DNA of 64,000 bases, taken from a bacterium (GTDB lineage: Bacteria > RUG730). Shown here piece by piece: positions 57,939 to 64,000 of this stretch; the stretch's first letter is position 1, and each line of letters opens with the position of its first letter. Under the pieces are notes generated by a model. It saw only the letters and a list, made by a program, of their open reading frames with translations. It made no database searches and was not told the origin of the DNA. The stretch lies in NCBI GenBank assembly GCA_031551405.1, contig JAVBNQ010000003.1, positions 62,001 to 126,000 on the forward strand, given 5' to 3'. The position numbers and the translations under genes are program-made.

Positions 57939-59750
57939 TTATTTATGTTTCGCAATTCTTTCTTTCAAAGCCTCAAGTTCTTGCTTCAATTCATTTGGCA
58001 ATTTATCACCAAATTTTGCATAAAATTCTTCGATTGAAGCTACTTCGTTTTTCCAGCCTTCTTTTTCGATTTCAAAAAGTTTATTTATTGCTTTCTCGTC
58101 AATATTTAAACCATTCGTATCTAGCGCGCCTTGTTTTGGAAGAATTCCGATAGCAGTTTTATTTCCTATGTCTTTTCCTTCGATTCTTTCAGTAACATAT
58201 TTCAAAACTCTGCTGTTTTCGCCGTATCCAGGCCACATAAATTTTCCATTTTCATCTTTTCTGAACCAGTTTACAAAGAAGATTTTTGGAGCTTTATCAC
58301 CAAGTTTTTGTCCCATTTTTATCCAATGCGCAAAATATTCACCCATGTTGTATCCGCAAAATGGCAACATTGCGAATGGATCACGTCTTACGACTCCGAC
58401 AGCTCCGATATTTGCAGCTGTAGTTTCTGATCCAGTCGAAGATCCCATAAACACTCCGTGAATCCAGCTAAGCGCTTCGTTGATTAGAGGAATTGTGCTC
58501 GGTCTTCTTCCTCCGAATAAAAATGCAGAAATAGGAACTCCGTCTGGATTTTCCCAATTTGGATCTATAACCGGACATTGGTTAGCTGGAGCTGTGAAAC
58601 GAGCATTTGCATGAGCGCCTTTTGCATCTGTTCCAGGTTTCCAATCTTTTCCTTGCCAGTCGATTCCGTGGCTTGGAGCCGCGATTCCCATGTCTTCCCA
58701 CCAAACGTCTCCGTCATCAGTCAATAAAACGTTCGTGAAAATCGTATTTTTTTCAACTGTTTTCATAGCATTTGGGTTAGATTCTGCTGAAGTTCCAGGA
58801 GCTACGCCGAAAAATCCGGCCTCTGGATTCACAGCATAAAGTCTGCCGTCTTTGCCGATTCGCATCCAGGCAATGTCATCTCCTAAACATTTCACTTTCC
58901 AGCCTGGGATCGTAGGATTCATCATTGCTAAATTCGTTTTTCCGCAAGCGCTTGGGAAAGCTGCCGCGACGTAATAAGTTTTGTTTTCAGGATTTGTCAA
59001 AGCCAAAATCAGCATATGCTCAGCCATCCAGCCTTCGTCTTTTGCTTGAGCTGAAGCGATTCTCAAGGCCAAACATTTTTTGCCGAGAAGAGCGTTTCCA
59101 CCGTATCCTGATCCGTATGACCAAATCGTTCTTTCCTCTGGAAAATGCACGATATATTTTTTTTCGATTGGAGCGCAAGGCCAAGCTTTGTCAGTTTCGC
59201 CAGCTTTCAAAGGAGCTCCGACTGAATGTAAGCATGGAATAAATTCGCCGTTATCGCCGAGTTTATTCAAAACTTCTTTTCCCATTCTCGTCATAATTCT
59301 CATATTTACAACAACGTACGGCGAATCAGAAATTTCTACTCCGATTTTTGAAATTGGAGCGCCGATTGGTCCCATTGAAAACGGAATCACGTACATTGTT
59401 CTTCCAGCCATGCATCCGTCATAAAGCGATAACATTGTTTTTTTGATTTCAGCTGGCTCGATCCAGTTATTCGTTGGACCTGCAGCTTCTTTGGTTTTTG
59501 AAGCAATGTAAGTTCTGTCTTCGACTCTAGCTACGTCGCTAGGATCTGATCTGAATAAATAACATCCAGGTCTCTTTTTCTGGTCTAATTTTATTGCAAG
59601 TCCGGATTTTTTCATTTCATCCAAAAGTCTTTGCGATTCTTCTTTTGATCCGTCGCACCAATAAATGTCTTTTGGTTTGCAAAGCGTCGCGATTTCCTCA
59701 ACCCAAGCTAATAATTTTTTGTTATTTGTGTTCACGTTAATTCCCTCCAT
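57939..59750 (-). CDS. pckG: Phosphoenolpyruvate carboxykinase (GTP)
   Basis: [62 protein letters not shown]. Confidence 0.96.
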   Translation of the reverse strand: MEGINVNTNNKKLLAWVEEIATLCKPKDIYWCDGSKEESQRLLDEMKKSGLAIKLDQKKRPGCYLFRSDPSDVARVEDRTYIASKTKEAAGPTNNWIEPAEIKKTMLSLYDGCMAGRTMYVIPFSMGPIGAPISKIGVEISDSPYVVVNMRIMTRMGKEVLNKLGDNGEFIPCLHSVGAPLKAGETDKAWPCAPIEKKYIVHFPEERTIWSYGSGYGGNALLGKKCLALRIASAQAKDEGWMAEHMLILALTNPENKTYYVAAAFPSACGKTNLAMMNPTIPGWKVKCLGDDIAWMRIGKDGRLYAVNPEAGFFGVAPGTSAESNPNAMKTVEKNTIFTNVLLTDDGDVWWEDMGIAAPSHGIDWQGKDWKPGTDAKGAHANARFTAPANQCPVIDPNWENPDGVPISAFLFGGRRPSTIPLINEALSWIHGVFMGSSTGSETTAANIGAVGVVRRDPFAMLPFCGYNMGEYFAHWIKMGQKLGDKAPKIFFVNWFRKDENGKFMWPGYGENSRVLKYVTERIEGKDIGNKTAIGILPKQGALDTNGLNIDEKAINKLFEIEKEGWKNEVASIEEFYAKFGDKLPNELKQELEALKERIAKHK

Positions 59751-59792
59751 AGAAATATTTGACTTGAAAATTAAATTTTTAGTATTTTAGTA

Positions 59793-61598
59793 TTATGATT
59801 GAATTAAGACTAAATTTTTTTCTGCAGCAATTTGATCACCTTTTGCAACCAAAATCTGCTTCACTCGTCCGGAACAAGATGCAACAATCGGCGTTTCCAT
59901 TTTCATAGCTTCCAAAACTAATAATTCTTGTCCTTCTGAAACGCTATCTCCAACATTAACAGAAATCTTTACAACAACTCCAGGCATTGGAGCAGAAACC
60001 GCGCATTCCTTTCCAGTCGAAGGCGGACTAGTTTGTTTGACTTCAGCAGCCCCTGAATTTATCTCAAAATTATAAACTTGCCCGTTTACAGTCGCATTAT
60101 TTCCATCGATTTTTACGTTGTAGTTTTGATTGTTTAATTTGATATTGTAGGCGTTCGAAGCTTTTGATTCAATTTTTTCTTCTTTTTTAGCCTGAGCATT
60201 TTTTCTTACTGAAACTTTTGCATTTCCTTTCAAAAACTCTATCCCTTTGTCCTGGCAGCTTCCGATTATAAAAATATTTTCGTCAGTTATTGGAAGTCCT
60301 GCTTCTTCAAGTAATTTTTTAGCGGCTTTTACGCCTTTTTTTGGATCTCTTTCATCGATATCAATAGGAGATTCTGTGGTTGGCGCGAGTCCGAGCTGTT
60401 CGCTTGCAATTTTGATTACTTCAGCGTCAGGCGTCGTCGGCGTCTTGCCGAAATATCCGAGAACCATTTTGCCGTATCCGTCAGCGATTTTTTTCCAGTC
60501 GCCAAACATTACGTTATTAAAAGCTTGTTGGAAATAGAATTGCGAAACCGGAGTAACGCTCGTTCCAAAACCGCCTTTTTTAACTGCGTCGCCCATTGCT
60601 TTGATAATCGCCGGATATTTTTCCATAATTCCGTTATCTCTTAGCATCTGAGTGTTTGCAGTCAAAGCTCCGCCAGGCATTGGCGAAAACGGAATCATTG
60701 GTTCAACTTTTAAAGCTTCAGGTGGGAAAAAATAATCTTTCATGCAATCTTTGAAAACTTCTTCAGCTTTCAAAATTTTGTTAATATCAACTCCCAAATC
60801 ATAATCTGAGCCTCGCAAAGCATGCCACATACTTACTATATCAACGTGCGAAGTTCCGCCGGAAACCGGCGCCATTGCTAGATCTATTCCGTCAGCTCCG
60901 GCTTCGATGGCTGACATATGACAAAGAATGCTAGTTCCAGCTGTTTCGTGAGTATGAAATCTCACCTCAATTTCCGGAGGAAGCATTTGTTTTGCGATTT
61001 TTATAGTTTCATGAACAGTGTTTGGAGTCGAAGTTCCGGACGCATCTTTAAAACAAACTGAATGAAATGGAATCTTTGCATCCAAAATTTTTTGTAAAAC
61101 GCCTTTGTAAAACTCAGGAGTATGAGCTCCTTCGCATCCGAGAGGCAAAGCCATCATTGTTATTGTTACTTCGTGTTTCAAGCCGGCGTCAGCTATGCAT
61201 TGTCCACTGTAAATCAAATTATTCACGTCGTTTAACGCATCAAAATTTCGAACGGTCGTCATTCCGTGTTTTTTGAAAAGCTCGGCGTGAAGTTTTATCA
61301 TATCTTTTGGCTGGGATTCGAGAGCAACAACGTTTACGCCTCGAGCCAAGGATTGTAAATTTATATCTTTTCCAACAACTTTTCTAAAAGTATCCATCAT
61401 ATCAAAAGCGTCTTCATTGCAATAAAAATATAAAGACTGAAATCTCGCTCCGCCGCCAGCTTCAAAATGAGTAATTCCGGCTTCTTTTGCAGCTTCTACA
61501 GCCGGCATAAAGTCTTTTGTTAAAACTCTTGCTCCAAACACAGATTGAAATCCGTCTCTAAAAGAAGTATCCATAAATTTTATCAGTTTTTTTGCCAC
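59793..61598 (-). CDS. Pyruvate carboxylase subunit B / oxaloacetate decarboxylase alpha (carboxyltransferase plus biotinyl domain)
   Basis: DTSFRDGFQS, GGARFQ, FKDASG, HTHET, PGG, VTPVSQ, C-terminal EAMKM biotin site; GTG start. Confidence 0.9.
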   Translation of the reverse strand: MAKKLIKFMDTSFRDGFQSVFGARVLTKDFMPAVEAAKEAGITHFEAGGGARFQSLYFYCNEDAFDMMDTFRKVVGKDINLQSLARGVNVVALESQPKDMIKLHAELFKKHGMTTVRNFDALNDVNNLIYSGQCIADAGLKHEVTITMMALPLGCEGAHTPEFYKGVLQKILDAKIPFHSVCFKDASGTSTPNTVHETIKIAKQMLPPEIEVRFHTHETAGTSILCHMSAIEAGADGIDLAMAPVSGGTSHVDIVSMWHALRGSDYDLGVDINKILKAEEVFKDCMKDYFFPPEALKVEPMIPFSPMPGGALTANTQMLRDNGIMEKYPAIIKAMGDAVKKGGFGTSVTPVSQFYFQQAFNNVMFGDWKKIADGYGKMVLGYFGKTPTTPDAEVIKIASEQLGLAPTTESPIDIDERDPKKGVKAAKKLLEEAGLPITDENIFIIGSCQDKGIEFLKGNAKVSVRKNAQAKKEEKIESKASNAYNIKLNNQNYNVKIDGNNATVNGQVYNFEINSGAAEVKQTSPPSTGKECAVSAPMPGVVVKISVNVGDSVSEGQELLVLEAMKMETPIVASCSGRVKQILVAKGDQIAAEKNLVLIQS

Positions 61599-61647
61599 TT
61601 TCTTGCTCCTATTATTTGTTAAAAATTTAAATTGTTAATGAATTTAT

Positions 61648-62529
61648 TTATTTTGTGTCGTAGATATAAATATCAGCTTTAAAATTTGATGCATGGGATT
61701 TTACAAACTGCGTGACTACTTTTGGCCCTTTAAAATTCAAACTTACGGTAAAATATTTTGCAAGCTGCTTCAATCTTTCAAAAGCAAGTTCTTCATTTTC
61801 ATCATACAATACTATTTTTATGCTTTCAATATATTGAAATTCTGATTTTAAGAAATCTGCTGATTCTTTCAATAGATCTATATTTTTAATATCAGTTTTT
61901 CTTTCTTTTATATTAAATAAATCTAAAAGCGACAATGATAATATTTTATCATTATTTTTTGTATAGAAGCCTCCTAATATCATAAAATTAACGCCTTTTT
62001 CCGTATATTCATTCCCCGCATCATCCCAAACTTTTAAAATATAAGAATATGGTTGCCCTGGAATTAAAAATTCATCTTTGTTATTTTTTCCATTCCAATT
62101 TATAAGTGAAGGTAATTTTTTATTATCACCCAAAACAAAAAAAACCTCTCCCTTAGTGTTTACTACGGTAATAGTCCATTTTTTTATTTTCACATTTGGA
62201 TCAATATCAAAGTTGAATGTGAAAACAGGATTAAATCTTATATTAATCAAATCAGGAGATATTAATTTTTTATTAAAAACCAAATCGTTATATAATAATT
62301 TAATGGCGTCTAAATGCGCTATATTTATATTTAAAAATTCGGAATTATTTTCCATTACATTTTCTTTTAAAAAAATTTGCTCGGCTTTAAAATTTATTTT
62401 TGGTTTTTCAGAGTCTATTTCTATTTTTACATCGGCATTTACATTAACTTGCTGAACTTCTGAATGCAATAAATTGTTTAGTGTTACAAATAATAAACTT
62501 AAAAAAAGTAATTTAATCATTCTTGACAT
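61648..62529 (-). CDS. Secreted hypothetical protein with an FlgD-Ig-like segment and a possible degenerate OmpA-like C-terminus
   Basis: Signal peptide; WTITVVN..G...INWNGKN..G.PYSYILKVWDDAGN; GGAG SD before the ATG at 62529. Confidence 0.55.
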   Translation of the reverse strand: MSRMIKLLFLSLLFVTLNNLLHSEVQQVNVNADVKIEIDSEKPKINFKAEQIFLKENVMENNSEFLNINIAHLDAIKLLYNDLVFNKKLISPDLINIRFNPVFTFNFDIDPNVKIKKWTITVVNTKGEVFFVLGDNKKLPSLINWNGKNNKDEFLIPGQPYSYILKVWDDAGNEYTEKGVNFMILGGFYTKNNDKILSLSLLDLFNIKERKTDIKNIDLLKESADFLKSEFQYIESIKIVLYDENEELAFERLKQLAKYFTVSLNFKGPKVVTQFVKSHASNFKADIYIYDTK

Positions 62530-62597
62530 TTTTTTCTCCAAACTAATTTATTTATGCTTTTTAAATAAAACTGAATAATTGAAGGATAATAGAAACT

Positions 62598-63839
62598 TTA
62601 TTTTAATCTAAATAAAAAGCTAATCACTCCATTTTGTATTTCATCATTTTTTATTTCCGAAAAAAGCCAATTTTTTAGAACGCTAATAGCATAATCGTCT
62701 AGTTTTTTATATCCTGAAGTAATTTCTATTTTCATAGATGTCTCTATGATTTTACCATTTGGCAATACTTCAAAATAAATTGAAACCACTCCGTCAATGT
62801 TTTTTTCTTGCGCCCAATCGGGATATTTTGGAAGAACGTTGTATACGATTGAACGATTTTTGATGGCTCCCGTAATGCTAAAATTTTTTGTATTTAAATT
62901 TGTATTTAAATCTTTTTGATTTGCCGTAGTATTGGTAACAACGCGAGTTTGATCGACTTTAATTTCCTTTACTTTGTTTTCTTCTATTTCCAAACTATTT
63001 TTACTTAAAAGTTTTATAGGTTTTTGTCTAGAGTCGTATTCTGAGCTAATTTTAGAAATTCTTTGCTGCCCACTATTTTCATTTTTATCTTGCAAAACTA
63101 CAATTTTTTCTAAATTAAAATTATTCGAATTTTTTTCGGTTTTTATTTCGGCTGTTTTTATATCTTTCATTTTCTCAAAAGTTTTATTAGACATATTAAT
63201 TACAGGAGTCTCGTTAAAATTTGCAATCTTTTTATCTAAATCCTTAATTTTTTCATTATCTTTTAATTCTATTTGAGGCTTGTCAAAATTTTTTATTTTT
63301 ACGTTTTTTTGTAATTCGTTTGCCAATTCCAATGTTTTTTTCGAAAATTTCTTTTCGCCGACTTCTTCTAATGTGATTAATTTTTTTACATCTTCTGAAT
63401 CAAGGTGCTCTCTATTTTTTAAAATCGGCTCGTCATCTATATCTTTAATACTAATTTTTTTTTCAGTTTTTATTGGTTCAATATCTAAATCTTTTGGTTT
63501 TGAGCGTTCAATCGTTGGTTCCGGAATTTCTATTTTTGTTTTGATTATCTCTGGCATTGTTTCTCTTGGTGTTTCCGGTATATTATTTTTTTGTTCTATT
63601 TTTTTCTGCTCTACAATAATTTTTGGTTTTATGATTTCTTTTTTTTGTATTTTATCATAAAATTCAACGCTATCTATTGAAACCTCATTGTAATCTATGC
63701 TTTTTTTTAAATCGTTAATTAAATATACAATAAACAATCCATGAATGACAATTGAGGAAACAATTCCAAGCTGTAGCGTAATTTGTGTTTTTTTATAGTT
63801 ATTTTGATAAATATACATAAAGTACCTGATGTGATACAA
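62598..63839 (-). CDS. TonB-family energy transducer
   Basis: TM with SSIVIHG (S...H motif), long K/E/P-rich linker, TonB C-domain PKYPDWA...G.V...FEV..NG...SGY..LD..A......W.F. Confidence 0.88.
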   Translation of the reverse strand: MYHIRYFMYIYQNNYKKTQITLQLGIVSSIVIHGLFIVYLINDLKKSIDYNEVSIDSVEFYDKIQKKEIIKPKIIVEQKKIEQKNNIPETPRETMPEIIKTKIEIPEPTIERSKPKDLDIEPIKTEKKISIKDIDDEPILKNREHLDSEDVKKLITLEEVGEKKFSKKTLELANELQKNVKIKNFDKPQIELKDNEKIKDLDKKIANFNETPVINMSNKTFEKMKDIKTAEIKTEKNSNNFNLEKIVVLQDKNENSGQQRISKISSEYDSRQKPIKLLSKNSLEIEENKVKEIKVDQTRVVTNTTANQKDLNTNLNTKNFSITGAIKNRSIVYNVLPKYPDWAQEKNIDGVVSIYFEVLPNGKIIETSMKIEITSGYKKLDDYAISVLKNWLFSEIKNDEIQNGVISFLFRLK

Positions 63840-63841
63840 TT

Positions 63842-64000
63842 TTATTTTTTTTGTTCTGTAGCTATTGTAATCTTTGCAGCTCCGGATTTTTTTGCTATTT
63901 CCATTATATCCAGCAAATTGGCGTGTCTACTATTTTTATCTATTTTTATTAATATCATATCGGATTTAATAAGATCTAGTTTCTTTTTAATCAACGTTTC
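63842..64000 (-). CDS. ExbD/TolR C-terminal fragment (truncated by the window edge)
   Basis: Minus-strand translation ETLIKKKLDLIKSDMILIKIDKNSRHANLLDIMEIAKKSGAAKITIATEQKK*, immediately upstream of the TonB gene. Confidence 0.8.
   Translation of the reverse strand, partial: ETLIKKKLDLIKSDMILIKIDKNSRHANLLDIMEIAKKSGAAKITIATEQKK

Overview
AT-rich chromosomal window from a Gram-negative (LPS-making) bacterium. The LpxC-FabZ fusion, PorV-like barrel and an Omnitrophota/Elusimicrobiota-style secreted domain suggest a lineage of that kind, but this is inference only. Most of the window is housekeeping: ftsW, lpxC-fabZ, ilvBNC, metX/rsmI/cysK/tlyA/hisC/pheA/trpS, a transketolase N-subunit, tRNA-Cys and tRNA-Leu, nnrD/topA/dprA/rdgB/radA/rsmA/tamB, aspS/PGM/eno/pta, pheS, mutS, a membrane diguanylate cyclase, tyrS, pckG, a biotin carboxyltransferase and a TonB/ExbD module. 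I saw no CRISPR array, transposase, integrase or rRNA. The unusual items are: (1) an ~800-bp gene-free gap (54109-54912) with two convergent, heavily base-paired elements, each ending in a candidate pseudoknot with a U-rich third strand (triple helix); (2) a compact type II FAS/PKS-like cassette where pheT would normally follow pheS (atypical ACP, dead ketoreductase, FabG, fused active KS plus dead KS), with a stem that sequesters the fabG ribosome-binding site; (3) a stand-alone, apparently degenerate copy of a domain I recall from giant-protein N-termini; (4) orphan Tad pseudopilins coupled to a sugar aminotransferase and an ECF sigma factor; (5) an iron-sulfur flavoprotein gene broken by one in-frame TAA. 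All calls are from motif recognition by eye; no searches were run.
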